A stretch of 64,000 bases of DNA, taken from assembly GCF_009914755.1 (NCBI RefSeq), contig NC_060936.1. One strand, 5' to 3'. This document shows positions 29,061 through 43,026 of the stretch, piece by piece. Within the stretch, counting starts at the first letter, position 1, and each line of letters begins with the position of its first letter. The DNA is from the human T2T-CHM13v2.0 reference genome, Homo sapiens. The position numbers and the translations under genes are program-made. The notes beneath the pieces were generated by a model, which saw only the letters and a program-made list of their open reading frames with translations, had not been told where the DNA came from and searched no databases.

Positions 29061-29882
29061 TGATAGACTGTGGAAAGGTGAAGGAACTCAGGCTGTGGCT
29101 GCTCTTTCTGACACCTGAGAAGAGGAATTCAGTACATACCGGCAGAGGAGGGGACCATTCATCTAATATTGTGTGAAAAGTCCCAAAAAGCCTTTCTACC
29201 CAGAACTCATCTCTTCTCTGGCCTGCATAAAAGCCTGGAATTCGAAGTATAAACTCAAGTTCTTAGTAGCTTTTAGCATTCATTTTTTAGTGGAGTGATG
29301 ATGGTCTTACAAAATCTGAGAGTAATATTCTCTCTAAATGAAATATTGGCAGGAACTTACAAATCTATTTTAATCAGCACATCTTTTTATTTCAACATCG
29401 ATGAAAACCTTTATAAAATTTTAGTCTAATTTTCTGTTCTTATTATTGTGGTGGGCTAAATTAATTTGCTTTTCTAAACCTGAAGCTCTTGTAATACCTA
29501 AGAATCATTCTTAACATAATACTGTATTTTGCCCAATATATCTTGATACTTTAGATAGAGTGAACTTCTTTTAGATACAGTCTCTCCCCTCCCTCCCAAC
29601 TATCCAGTGAGTAAGGCAGGCCAAGGGTACTTTGGTTTAATGAATGAGAAAATTGAGATTCAGAAGTTTGAAAGGACTAAACTAGGACACATGGGCAGTA
29701 TTGTCAGAATTTATCAATGATGAATGCATCATATGATAGATTTAGAAACAACTGGAAATGCGGCTAAACTTTAGCTGACCTCAGGAGATGTCCTGAAAGG
29801 TTTGAAATTGGGAATTTTCTGCTAGTTAAGTTAAACTTTGTTGCTTCCTCTTTTGTTAGTTCTTAAAATATATGATGGTGCT

Positions 29883-30179
29883 GGCCGTGCACAGTGGCTC
29901 ACGCCTGTAATCCCCACACTTTGGGAGGCTGGGGTGGGGGGCGGGGGTGGATCACGAGGTCAGGAGTTCAAGACCAGCCTGGCCAAGATGGTGAAACTTT
30001 GTCTCTACTAAAAATACAAAAAAATTAGCTGGGCGTGGTGGCATGCGCCTGTAATCCCAGCTATTCAGGAGGCTGAAGCAGAGAATTCCTTAAACCTGGG
30101 GAGCAGAGGTTGCAGTGAGCCGAGATTGTGCCACTGCACTCCAGCCCGGGCAACAGAGGAAGACTTTGTCTCAAAAAAA

Positions 30180-30224
<45 letters not shown>
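29883..30224 (+). mobile_element. AluS (Sg-like) with an A/(TA)n tail
   Basis: Full dimer with 'ggatcacgaggtcaggagttc'; TSD atatatgatggtgct (29868-29882 / 30225-30239). Confidence 0.95.
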
Positions 30225-30230
<6 letters not shown>

Positions 30231-30429
30231 GATGGTGCTATATTTCCTTTTTCCTTAGCACATCGAAGTGTTGTTCATTAAAAGATTGGATTAGCCTTAT
30301 AATGTTTAAATTGAGGTTTTAAGGTTTTACTTTACCATATACACTGTGACTAAAACATAGATATGTTCACCACTAGGGGATACATCAGCCAAACTAATAA
30401 GGCCATTCTGGGCCACCAGCAACAATAGT

Positions 30430-30670
30430 TAGCTTTTACATTATTCTATGTGTTGGGCATCCATCCAAGATTACTCATGTTAACTCATTTAATACTCACA
30501 ATATCCCTGTGAGGTGGGTTTTGTTACTATTCCTATTTTGTACAAGAAGAAAATGAAATACAGAGCCATTAAGTAATTTGTCCAAGGTCACATAGCAAGA
30601 AAATAGCAGAGCTGAATTATAAACTCAACTGTTCCGACCCCAGCATTCATGCTCAAAACAACTGAACTAT
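30430..30670 (-). mobile_element. MIR
   Basis: 'tcatttaatactcacaatatccctgtgaggtggg...aagtaatttgtccaaggtcaca'. Confidence 0.8.
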
Positions 30671-31124
30671 ACTGTAGTGTCAGAATGGCAATTTCACTGT
30701 CCTGTGTCATGCTTCACTGCTTCAGAAAACAGGTGGCTTCAGGAAGCTAACATGTCAAACCATCACTTGTAGATATTACAGTATAAATATAACTGGCCAG
30801 TCCAGAAAAGTCAAAAACACATTTGTGAAATGCAGTTTCCTTAAGATTCCCACTCTCACTTGAATCTGACTTGATGTCACTCTAACTTTGACTTTTATTG
30901 ACTTTCTAGTGGGCCAAGAAAAATAATGGAAGGAATTTATTGAATTTTATTAGATTAATATTCCCAAGGGGTGAGCTGTATAATAAACTACTCATCCTCT
31001 CCCAGTGGTTCAAATTTCAGCTAAATGCAGCCTTTATGACAACATTCTCCCTTTATCACTTGAAGTAATGTTCAGCTACTAGTTGTAGGAAACTTTTGTT
31101 CTTTTCCCTGTTAAGGCTTAACAG

Positions 31125-31440
31125 GCTTCATCTATGTCCCTACAAAGGACATGAACTCAACATTTTTTATGGCTGCAGGAATGGAACAATGAGAACACTT
31201 GGACACAGGAAGGGGAACATCACACACCAGGGCCTGTTGTGGGGTGGGGGGGAGGGGGGAAGGATAGCATTAGGAGATATACCTAATGTAAATGACGAGC
31301 TAATGGGTGCAGCGCACCAACATGGCACATGTATACATAAGTAACAAACCTGCACGTTGTGCACATGTAGCCTAGAACTTAAAGTATAATAAAAGCATAT
31401 ATATATATATATATATAAAAGAAACAAACAAACAAACAAA
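31125..31440 (+). mobile_element. short 5'-inverted (twin-primed) L1PA4-like insertion
   Basis: Inverted part 31125-31177, sense 3'UTR from 31178, (ta)n/(caaa)n tail; TSD aacaggctt (31120-31128 / 31441-31449). Confidence 0.92.
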
Positions 31441-31589
31441 AACAGGCTTAACTGTGTTTTTATTAGCAATGGTCATATTTTAAAGGCATCTTTCTTATGC
31501 AGCATTGAATATTTTAACAAACTGAAACTTAACCTTGACAGTACCACTAAACTTTAACCAAAATGTCTCACATATATTGGAGTCATTGT

Positions 31590-32010
31590 ATACAATCTCA
31601 AGCCACAATGCCTAGGTTCAAATCCCAGTTCAAATCTGCCTCTTACTGGCTGTTTGCCTTGGGCAAAATCTTTAATTATTTAGTGCCTTAACTTCCTCAT
31701 CTTTAAAGTAGGGATTTTGACAAAGCCTACCTCACTCACAGGCTTGAGAAGTAATTGTTTACTTTAGACAAGTTTCTTATGCTCGGCACTGGTCAAAGTT
31801 CTTTACATGTGTTACTCATTCAATCCTTACAACAACCCTGCTATCCCCACTTTAAAGTTGCTAATATCCCCAGTTTAAACATGAGGAAACTAAAACACCA
31901 AATGGTTAAGAAACTTGTCTCAAGAAAATTGTTAAAGCTAGTAAGCAGTATGGCCTGGATATAAACTTAGCCAATCTCACTCTAAATCTACAGTTTTAGT
32001 CACTGCTACA
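31590..32010. mobile_element. two MIR fragments in opposite orientations
   Basis: 'gcctaggttcaaatcccag...ccttgggcaa...ttcctcatct' followed by 'tcattcaatccttacaacaaccct...atgaggaaactaa'. Confidence 0.75.
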
Positions 32011-34089
32011 CACTGCTATTTTGATAATCAGTTTTAAATTGCAACACACTTTCAGACCCACTTTATAACAGCAAACATGTTCTTCTAATGTTTTTTTCAT
32101 TCTGACTTCTGTCTGTAAGCAACCAAACCAACCCTATTTTGCCATTCAGTGATCCTGGTGTTCTAACTACATAGACCATGATTAAGATCATTCAAACATT
32201 GGTGGGATGTATTTCTATAACTTTAAATAAATCCCTTCATCTGCTTCTAGACTCCAGGTTCATACCATCTGCTATATTAGATGCTCATTAGACTCATGGC
32301 AGGATAAAACTGCTCATGAAAAATCCATGTAGTGAGCGTTTAGAATCATTACAAAAGTCTTCTGAGAAAAAGATTTATAACAGAAGCCTTTAGGTGAAAG
32401 AGTAAGAAGTAAAATTTAACAGTGAAATTTACACTGTCTCACAGATTTTAGAAAACCTAGTCATTTATCATTCATTTTATAGGAATAAACAAAATGAAAA
32501 TTTACATTGCTATTTTGGAAGGGAAAATACTTTATTCTTATTACTCTCAAGACTTTAAACCAAAATAGGAAAGTAGACTCACTTCGAGGACAATACTTCA
32601 AAATCAATTCTAAAAAATTAGCATTGTAGCCACATCATACTGTTTTCTATAATAGAGCTCCATTTTTTCTTTTGCTTTTGATAAACTCAATGAATTGTTG
32701 TCAAATATAACACCCTGTATGCTACCTGAAGTGAATCAAATCTTTTGGGGAAGAAAGTTCTGATTTTGGACAAACTGTAGGAAGCCATTTTTAAAAGGGC
32801 TAAGATAGCTATACTGAATTTTTATCAATCTTTGTGATCACCTCAGAGTTTTTAAGTAATGCTGTGTTTGCATAAACATGCTTGTTGAATGAGGTTTTTT
32901 TTTTAAAAAAAAAAAGAAAAAAGACAACAACAAACAGTATTTTCCAGGCTAATTAGACTGTCTATGCTTAAAACTAACGATTAGAATTTCCTACGGAGCA
33001 ATTCAACTCCTCTATCACAGGAGTGAACCTGGAGTAGGCAACTGCTGACCCATGATGGTTTGAGAATTTCTGAAACACTTATTTACCTCTGCAAGAAGCA
33101 TGCAGAAGTTTAAAATCATAGGGTCTCAAGATTTGAAGGAATTCAATGGTCAAATACAACCAATCAATCAATGTTTTAACTCGCATTTTCAGTATCTTCA
33201 ATAAGTCACCCATGAATAACACTAGGCCATGAATAACACCTCTGAAGGCAAAAAACTTACTTCCTAAGCTCTAAATGCTCCACAATCATTCCTCATAAAG
33301 ACCAACTTTATTCCAAGACCTTTTCTAGCTGAAAATAAGTGTTTTTATTCATATGTGTATTTTCAATGCCTAGAAAAACATAGACAAACAAATGCAGAGT
33401 GAAGTTAGTTGAGTTGAATTGCAATGGACTTCCTTGTGTCATAGACTGCCTTGCATTCTAGTTAATTGAGCATGTTTTATTTCCTAAACTAACTTGTAAA
33501 CTGTACAAGGGAGGGCACCTTTTTTCATATATCTCTGTATCCTTTGCATCCTCTACTATTGTACAATGCACATAGAATGCCCTATATATTTCTTGAATTT
33601 AAAATGTGAATGAATGAATGAATAAATAAATAAATCTTAGTTCTAGGCTATTCTTATGAGATACATTTTACGCTGCTATTCAAAATCAGGAACAAACATT
33701 TATGTTCTTTTTCCAAGATTTTAAAGAATGACTGAAGTTAAATTTTCCCTAACTAGAAATTTCCACACAAAGCAGCCAGTAAGTCTTTGTAGTAAGACTT
33801 AGCTCCCTGATTTTTGAAACTGATATTTCCTTCTTAGAAATATGCAGGGATTTTATTAAAAATATGTGGCTTAAGGAAATTCAAAGACTTTTCCATATAT
33901 TCTTTTGTCTGTTATTTCAAATGTATAAACATACAGATTGAATGCCCATTTAAGGCAAAATTATATTTATGTCTCTAATAAGATGTTTATATTCTTTTTC
34001 TACCCAACGGAGATATTGAGTGTGAAAATTGGCTACTGAAAATGAATGGGACCAATATATATGCTGTAGAGTATAAAAGTGCAAAAACA

Positions 34090-34378
34090 GCCAGCACAGT
34101 GGCTCATGCCTGTAATTCTAACACTTTGGGAGGATTGCTTCAGCCTGGAAGCTCGAGACCAGCCTGGGCAACACGGCAAAACCCCGTGTCTACAAAATAA
34201 AAATAAAAAAATTAGCTGGGCATAGTGGTGCATGCCTGTGGTCTCAGCTACTTAGGAGGCTGAGGTGGGAGGATCACTTAAGCCTAGGACGTCAAGGATA
34301 CAGTGAGCCATGTTGGTGCTACTGCACTCCAGCCTGGGCAACAGAATGAGACCCTGTCTCAAAAAAAAAAAAAAAAAA
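34090..34378 (+). mobile_element. AluJ with a small left-arm deletion
   Basis: 'ctttgggaggattgctt' (collapsed between two gggagg), right arm, A tail. Confidence 0.92.
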
Positions 34379-35379
34379 GTCTATAAAAGGATGTTATCTG
34401 TTGAGTAAGATAAGCATTAATTTTCAGTTAATTACTTTTGAAAGTATCAAAGTTAACACATAATGCGTATTTTAAACTCTGTCTGTTTAGTTTGGCTTGA
34501 TGAAATAGTACAGATGTAAATTATGTCCTTGTTCAAATTCTGAGTATGCTACAAACCAACTGGATAATCTTGGACAAGTTATTAAACCTTTCTGGGTCTG
34601 TTTCCTCCCTGTAAATAGGACTTTTTTTGATTATTAATACATGTAAAGTATTTAACACAGTGCAAGTGATCCATAATTACAAGCTATTACTAGTATGTTC
34701 ACAGAAGAATAGAGCATGGCTGTTGAATGAAAGAATCAATTGAAAATACGATTACTCTCATTTATGCAATCAGAAATAGCACACACTTTCAAATCAGTCA
34801 CTTTATAAAACTATTTAATTGTTCAGGGAATACTGTTTTTACTCAAAATAATTTTGGAACTCCTTTCTTGAAATTGCCTTAAAACTACTTTATGAGCCAC
34901 TTAAAATACTACCTCACCATCACCTTTTAAAATATTCATTTTTCAAGGTTAAGATCAAAGATACCACTCTTTTAAATGATTTTTCTGATTCCCTAGTTTA
35001 AAATGCTCTCCTCCTCCACTGAACTCTTAAAATGCTTTGCCTGTAACCCCCTCCTTTACTTTCTATGTATTAGAGTTTCATCTGCTCTTGCCTTCCCTAT
35101 CCTACTAACAGCAAGCCCTAGGAAACATATTTCACTTATTCGTGGATCCCGAGGGTCTCTCTCAGTTATTTTTAATTAATATTTGTTGCTCAAAGTTTGT
35201 TTTATTGATTATTAATGAGGCTGTTTGTGTCTGAATGAAGCCACACTGGATTCCTCTGACAGCCAAGGAGCAACCCTGGGCAATGGGTTCAATTTCAGCT
35301 CACTTTAACTACTTCGCCATTTTCTGTTTTTAAAGACAGGGAGTACGTCTAGGTAAAGAGCATAAGCTTTAACATCAGA

Positions 35380-35630
35380 CCAATGACATGCTGCATGATT
35401 CCATTTGCACAAAATTTTAGAAAAGAAAAAACTGTAGGGATGGAAATAAAATCAAAGGTTGCTTGGGGGAGAGGAAGGGATTGACTTCAAAGGGACATGA
35501 GGGAATTTTGAGGGAGATAGAATGTTCTAGATCATGATAGTTGAGATGGCAGTTATAATATTGTATGCATATGTCAAAACTCACCAAAGTTTGCAATTTT
35601 ATATGCAAATTATAGTTCAAAAAAAGCAGA
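35380..35630 (+). mobile_element. old L1M 3' end
   Basis: 'atgattccattt...gggacatgagggaattttgaggg..atagaatgttcta...tgtcaaaactcacc'. Confidence 0.75.
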
Positions 35631-38417
35631 TTTAAAAATATTGAGCCAGTTAGAAACTTCAAGGAGAAGCAAAGGTGAAAGTCTGGGCCAAAGTGGGAGA
35701 AAGGAATCAAGAAGGAAAAACTCAGTAAGTTAAGCTTCATCTTAAAAAAAAACGGTACGAGAGAGAGAAATCTATGAGAAGTTAGAAGAGCTTTTCTGAA
35801 TTCCACCTGATTCTCAAAGTTCAGAAAAACAAATTCGCATAAACCAAGAAACCTACTAGGTGTGAAAACTTGTTCTGGATGGTGAAAGAATAAAGGAGAA
35901 AACAAATAATATTAAATGAACAAATGCTACATTTGGTGCATATTAGTAATTCAAGCTCAACAAAACAGCATGCCCGAGCCAATGACCTAAGAGCAATTAA
36001 AATGAAAAGTAGCACAGCCAGATGGAATTATTGAAAATGATGATGTGCAAAGGAAATACTAGAATGGACTTCCTGGGGAGGTGTGTTCAGAGCCAGATTT
36101 TGGAAGAAGTAATTGATCACATCGCGGGGAGCAATACTCTGGACGAGAAAGAATGTCATGAGCAAAGACCTAGAATCAGGAAATAGTAAGCGTGAGAAAA
36201 TGTTATTGATTTTCCTGTTACTGTATATTTATTAGCATAGCCTTGAAGTGACATTTGCGGTCTAACACAAGTCACAATTCTTCCCGGAAAACTTCTCTGT
36301 CAGCGCATCCCAAATGGAATGCTCCAACTTCACAGAAATCCTTCAGTCTGTGCCTCACAAATTAGTATCCTGATTTGTTTCTCAACTATTTAATGTGTTC
36401 AGTTACACTATTTCTGGTGCAGGAATCATGCATTCATCCCTCTTCTACTCCCAAAAGGTGTAGTACATTCCCGGGCAAATAGCATGAAATAAGACAAAAA
36501 TTTGATTTATTAGTCAAATTTAAAACTTACCTTTGAAAGAAGTAAGAACATGTTATTCCTTCAGTAAAAACATTTCCCCTTCAAGTAGAGACATATTTAA
36601 CACAAAAGTAAAACACCAGAATGCCATTGCTGTGTACTTTTCCTCTGTAAAGAATGATTCTCCTCTCCCTCTCCATCTCCTTCTCCCTCTCCCTCTCCTT
36701 TCCCTTCCCCTACCAAGGACTGAAATGTTGCTGGATACTCTGTCAAAGAACTAGAAATCACTGGAGCTTGTTTGATGGTTTAAGATATTTTCTTAGTACA
36801 AGACTGGAATATGTGAGCATCAGGACTAAGTACATCATTTGTACACATATGAGGGTGGGAGGAAAATTTGGGGTTGATTCAAAAATGAAAGATTTGGGCC
36901 TTTCTGCCCATCTTCCCTCTGCTAATCTCCCTTGAAGGGATAAAATGCATATGTGAAGTGGATTCAGTTGAACTGTAAGCCCTGTTGTGGCACCCACAGG
37001 AGGCTGCAAAATAAACACTCTTCTGTGTTTAGGGGTCACTGATCGCTATCCTGCTAAGGATTTGTAAGTTGAACTTTCTTTAACCTTGAAATCCATGGAA
37101 CAAATGTGTGTCCAAGAGAGTTTAACTACTGCTAACCTCATTATTGTTGATGTTTCTGTTTGATCTGGTTTTCCTTTTATATAGTTATTTATTCCCATTT
37201 ACTTGATACAAGTTTCCTAGCAGTTACTGGTTTTAAAGACCTATTGGAACAACTTAGAACAACTTTTAATGATGCTGCTCTTTGGAGTCATTTTATGATA
37301 AGAAACTACCAGTTTGTTCCTTTGAATTAGACCAGTTATACTGCAATATAATAGGCTTATTCTACTCCTGTATTTCCTTACTTCTGACTTAGTCATTTCT
37401 ATTGCTGAATGGTTTACTAGGGTTTATTTGTCAGTCATCACAGGAGGAACACACAGAGATATTTTTTCTCAGTAAGGAGTGTTCTACATCTCACATTCAG
37501 TCTAGGGTAATCTGGGCTCTCTGTTGTGTTCAGAGTTTAACCATTCATTATTACAATCTATGCCCACAAATACAATTAGTAAGTGGTATTTTGAGGACTC
37601 CATAAAAACACAAATCATAGGTTTACATCTGCTCTTAAGTTAAAAGAAACATGTTTTTCTTTATTATAGCCCTCTCTTTGGGGACTTTGATACAAGATTA
37701 TTGGTAATCATTTGGGGATATTTTACTCTACTCAGCATTAGTCCCCCACCCAGAACATCTGGAAAAATACAGCCAATATCCAATATCGGTATATACAAAA
37801 ATAGTCCTTTGATAAATATTTATATATCTTTAATAATTTTGTATTTGCCTTCATATAATGAGAAGAGGCAGAATGACTTACTTTGCTTCAATTTGCTACT
37901 GCAGCTGCTTCCAAGCAATTCAAATGCACATTGCCTTTCTTATACTCAAATCTTTTAGGATCTCTGGAAAAATTCTAGGCATGTAAGATGGTTTTTGCAC
38001 TACCCTCTTCAATTTTTTTCATCTTTCATGTTTGCATACCTGCAAGTGGTTAACCAATCAAGCAAGCAAATTAAAAAAACAAAAGAAGAAAAAAAACCCA
38101 GTTGAATTTAGTTAACTGGCCCATTATTTTGAAAATAAGTTAACAAGTGAATAAAAAAGTATATATTGGCCCTTTAAATTCAATCGTTTGTGTAAACTTT
38201 TAGAGTTATTTGTATGTAAAATAATTATGTGTATTAAATCACAAATTGAGCATGAAGAGTGTCAGAAAACTAATAAACACCTAAAAACAATGATTTCCTG
38301 AGATCCAAGAATTTAAATGTATTTAGAAAAGTAGAGAAAGAAGAAAAAGCAAGAAATTCCATTGAATCTAAAAGAAATGTACCTTTTCAGTATATCTTGA
38401 AATACTTTTTATCTTTT

Positions 38418-39369
38418 CTCTTTTTTTTCAACTTTTATTTTTAGATCCAGGGGCACATATGCAGGTTTGTTACATGAGTATATTGTATGATGCTGAGGTT
38501 TGGGGCATGAATGGTCCTGTCACCCAGGTACTGAGTATAGTACCCAAAAGTTAGTTTTTCAACACTTTCTTCCCTCCCTCCCTCCCTTTCCCCTCTAGCA
38601 GTCCCCAATATTTGATAGTGGGTATATTTTCCCGTATGTTCTGGGTGGGGACTAATAGTAAGTAGAGTAAAATAATCCCTAAATGATGACTAGTCTTGCA
38701 TCAAAGTCACCAAAGAGAGGCCTATAATAAAGAAAAAATATCTTTCTTTTAACTTAAAAACAGATTTGAACCTGTCAGTTATATTTTTATGAAGTCTTCA
38801 AAATACCATTTACTAACTGCAGGATTAGATTGTAACAATGAATTGTTAAACTCTGAACACAACAGAGAACCCAGATTACCCTAGACTAAATGTGAGCTGT
38901 AGAACATTCTTTATTGAGAAAAATATCTCTGTATGTTCCTCCTGTGATGACTGGCAAATAAACCATGGCAAGTCACTTGGCAATAGGAATGATTAAGACA
39001 GAGTAATAAAATATAGGAGAAGAATAAGCCTATTATATTACAGCATAATTGGTCTATTGTTGCCATCTTTATGTCCATGAGTACCCAACGTTTACCTCCC
39101 AGTTATACGTGAGAATATGCAGTATTTGGTTTTCTGTTTCTGCATTAATTTGCTTAGGATAATGGCTTCCAGCTGCATCCATGTTGCTGAAAAGGACATG
39201 ATTTCATTCTTGCTTATGGCTGCATAGTATTCCATGGTTTATATGTACCACATTTTCTTTATTCAATCCACTGTTGATGGGCACCTAGGTTGATCCCATG
39301 TCTTTGCTACTGTGAATACTGCTGCAATGAAAATGCAAGTGCATGTGTTTTGTTTTGTGTTTGTTGTGT

Positions 39370-39401
<32 letters not shown>

Positions 39402-41983
39402 TTGGAAGAATGATTTGTTTTTTTTTTTTTTTTTGGATATATACCCAGAAATGGGATTCCTGGGTTGAATGATCACTCTGTTTTAAGATCTTTGAGAAAT
39501 CTCCAAACTGCTTTACAAAGTATCTGAACTAATTTACATTCCCATCAATCATGTATAACCATTCCCTTTTCTCCACAGTCTTGCCAACATCTGTTGTTTG
39601 TTGACTTTTTAGTAATAGCCACTCTGACTGGTGTGAGATGGTATCTCATTGTGGTTTTGATTTGCATTTCTCTGATGATTAATGATGTGAAGCATTTTTT
39701 CATATGGTAGTTGGCCACTTGTATGGCTTCCTTTCAGAAGTCTGTTCATGTTTTTTGCTTATTTTTAATAGGGTTATTTGTTTTTTGCTTGTTCAATTAA
39801 TTTCCTTATAGATTCTGGATCTTAGACCTTTGTCAGACGCATAGCTTGTGAATATTTTCTCTCATTCTGCAGGTTATTTGCTCACTCTGTTGATAGTTTA
39901 TTTTGCTGTACAGAAACTCTTTAGTTTAATTAGGTCCCACTTGTCAATTTTTGTTTTTTTGCAATTGCTTTCGAGGACTTAGTCATAAATCATAAATTCT
40001 TTCCCAAGGCAGATGACCAGAATGATATTTCCTATGTTTTCTTCTAAGATTCTTGTATTTTGAGATGTAACATTAATCTTTAATCCATCTTGAGTTGATT
40101 TTTGCATATGGTGAAAGGTAAGAGTTCAGTTTCATTCTTCTGCATATGGCTAGCCTGCTATCTACCCCAGCACCATTTATTGAATAGGGAGTCCTTTCCC
40201 CATTGCTTATTTTTGTTGACTTTGTCAAAGATTAGATGGCTATAGGTGTGCAACTTTATTTCTGGGTTCTCTATTCTGTTCCATTGGTCTGTGTCTGTTT
40301 TTGTACAGTACATTCTGTTTTCGTTATTATAGCCTTATATAATTTGAAACTGGGTAATGTGATGGCCTTCAGCTTTATTCTTTTTGCTTAGGATAGATTT
40401 GGCTATTTGGGCTATTTTTCAGTTGTATATGAATTTTAGAATATATTCCGTGAAAAATAAGGTTGGTCGTTTGATAGGAATAGCGTTGAATCCGTAGATT
40501 GCTTTGGGCACCATGGCCATTTTAATAATATTAATTCTTCCAATCCATGAGCATGGAATATGTTTCCATTTGTTTATGTCATCTATGATTTATTTTAGCA
40601 GTGTTTTGTAGTTCTCCTTGTAGGTCTTTTGTAGATCTTTTACTTCCTTGCTTAGATGTATTTGTAGGTATTTTATTTGTTTATGTGTGGCTATTGTAAA
40701 TGGGATTACATTCTTGATTTGTCTCTCAGCTTAAATGCTATTGGTGTATAGAAATGCTACTGACTTTTTGTACGTTGATTTTGTCTCCTGAAACTTTACA
40801 GAAGTAAACTTTATTAGTTCCAGGAGTCTTTTGGTATAGTCTTTAGGGTTTTCCAGATACAGAATCATATCATCCATGAAGATAGATAGTTTGATTTTTT
40901 TTTTTCTAATTTGGATGCCTTTTCTTTCTCTTAACGTGATTGCTCTGGTTAGCACTTCCAGTGGTATGCTGAACAGGAGTGGTAAGAGTAGGCATCCTTG
41001 TCTCATTCCAGTTCTCAAGAGAAATGCTTTCAGTTTTTGCCCATTCAGTATGGTATCAGCTGTGGGTTTGCCATATATGGGTCTTACAATTTTAAATTAT
41101 GTTCCTTTGATGACTAGTTTCTTGAGGATTTTTAAGATAAAGGGATGTTGGATTTTATGGAAAGCTTTTTCCATGGAGCTTGAGATGATCATACGGTTTT
41201 GGTTTTTAATTCTGTTTACGTGGTGGATCACATTTATTGATTTGCATATGTTAAGCCAACCTTGCATCCCAGGAATGAAGCCTTCTTGATCATGGTGAAT
41301 TAACTTTCTGATGTGCTATTGAAATCCATTTGCTAGTCTTTTGTTGAGGATTTTTACCCCTATGTTCATCGGGGATATTGGCCTGTAGTTTTCTTTTTCA
41401 TTGTGTCTTTGCCAGGTTTTGATGTCAGGGTGATGCTAGCTTCATAGAATGAGTTGGAAAGGAGTCCCTTCTCTTCAGTTTTTCAGAATAGTTTCAGTAG
41501 AGTTTGTACCAGCTTTTCTTTGTACATCTGGTAAAACTCAGTTGTGAATACATCTTATTGGTAGGTTTTTTATTACTGGTTAAATTTTGGAACTAGATAT
41601 TGGTGTCAAGGTTTCGATTTCTTCCTGATTCAATCTTGGGAGATCATGTGTTTACAGGAATTTATCTATTTCCTCTACATTTTCTAGTTCGTGTGCACAG
41701 AGATGTTCATAGTAGTCTCTGAGGATCTTTTGTGTTTCTGTGAGATTGGTTGCTATGTCATATTTGTCATTTCTGATTGTGCCTATTTCGATCCTCTCTC
41801 TTTTTTAATCTGTTAATCTATTTAACAATCTTTCAATCTTACTTATCCTTTCTAAGAACCAACTTTTGGTTTCATTGATTCTTTGTATAGATTTTGGGGT
41901 CTCAATTTCATTCAGTTCTGCTCTAATGTTAATTATTTCTTTTCTCATGCTAGCTTTGATGTTGGTTTGTTCTTGTGATAAAC
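38418..41983 (-). mobile_element. 5'-truncated LINE-1, L1PA15/16-like, with a 444-bp foreign insert in its 3'UTR
   Basis: 3' end 'tgatgctgaggtttggggcatgaatggtcctgtcacccaggtactgag'; RT remnant [11 protein letters not shown]...[12 protein letters not shown]. Degenerate TSD aatactttttatctttt (38401-38417) / aatatttttaatctttt (41984-42000). Confidence 0.9.
39366..39401. repeat. (TG)n microsatellite within L1
   Basis: tgtgtgtgtctgtgtgtg... read directly. Confidence 0.9.
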
Positions 41984-42169
41984 AATATTTTTAATCTTTT
42001 AGACACATGATGTTACACAGGTCAGCCACCTACCAACTTAAGGTACAGCATGAAAGCCAGAAAGTCACTATGGACACACATAGAGATGACATGTCTTGTA
42101 GCTGGAAAGCAAACTGTGCTGAAAAGCAGACCCAGGATTTCACTGAGAGGAGCAGAGTTACTCCTGAGT

Positions 42170-42510
42170 TGCCCCATCCTGGGGCAAAATTCCTCTCCTT
42201 CTATGTACCTGTGAAGTGAGATAGCCAGTTATCCACTTCCAAAATATAATGATGGAACAGGCATGGAATAACAGTTATGGACAGTTCTATCCCAGAAGAG
42301 AGAAAATAAAAGGAAGAAAAAAGTTACTTGTCACAAGCAATTTTGAAATCCAGCAGGGCAAAATCCATTAGGCTTCAAGGTCTGGGAATAATCCTCTGTG
42401 ACTGGAGGCTCCACTTGCTGTAGCTCAAGATTCTACTCTCTGGGTCTGTGGCTCTGTCCTTGAAGAGCAGCTGAATAATTCTATCAACCTGTTTCCTGCT
42501 GCCTTTCAGG
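42170..42510. mobile_element. MaLR internal (MLT1-int) fragment
   Basis: 'catcctggggcaaaattcctctcc...cttccaaaatataatgatggaacaggcat...gaaatccagcagggcaaa' resembles MLT1 internal sequence. Confidence 0.65.
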
Positions 42511-42711
42511 GCTAAGGTATGTGTTCACCCAGATGCTGAGAGTGTTAGCAGCTGGCAGCTTTCAGCTGAATTTGTCTTGTGACCTCAACCTTAACAAGCT
42601 ACCCAAAGCCATTCCTCTCCTCCATAGAGGAAGCCTGCATTCAATGGTTGGTCGTTGTGGACCACCTCTGAAGTGCCTTCACAGCATAGTATTTTTTGTA
42701 GAATTGACTGA

Positions 42712-43011
<300 letters not shown>

Positions 43012-43026
43012 AGGACTTTGTTTTTT

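Noticed and set aside
35417-35905. 162-aa Phe/Leu-rich minus ORF resembling a membrane protein
   Set aside because: Antisense reading of A-rich DNA overlapping an old L1 end; compositional artefact.
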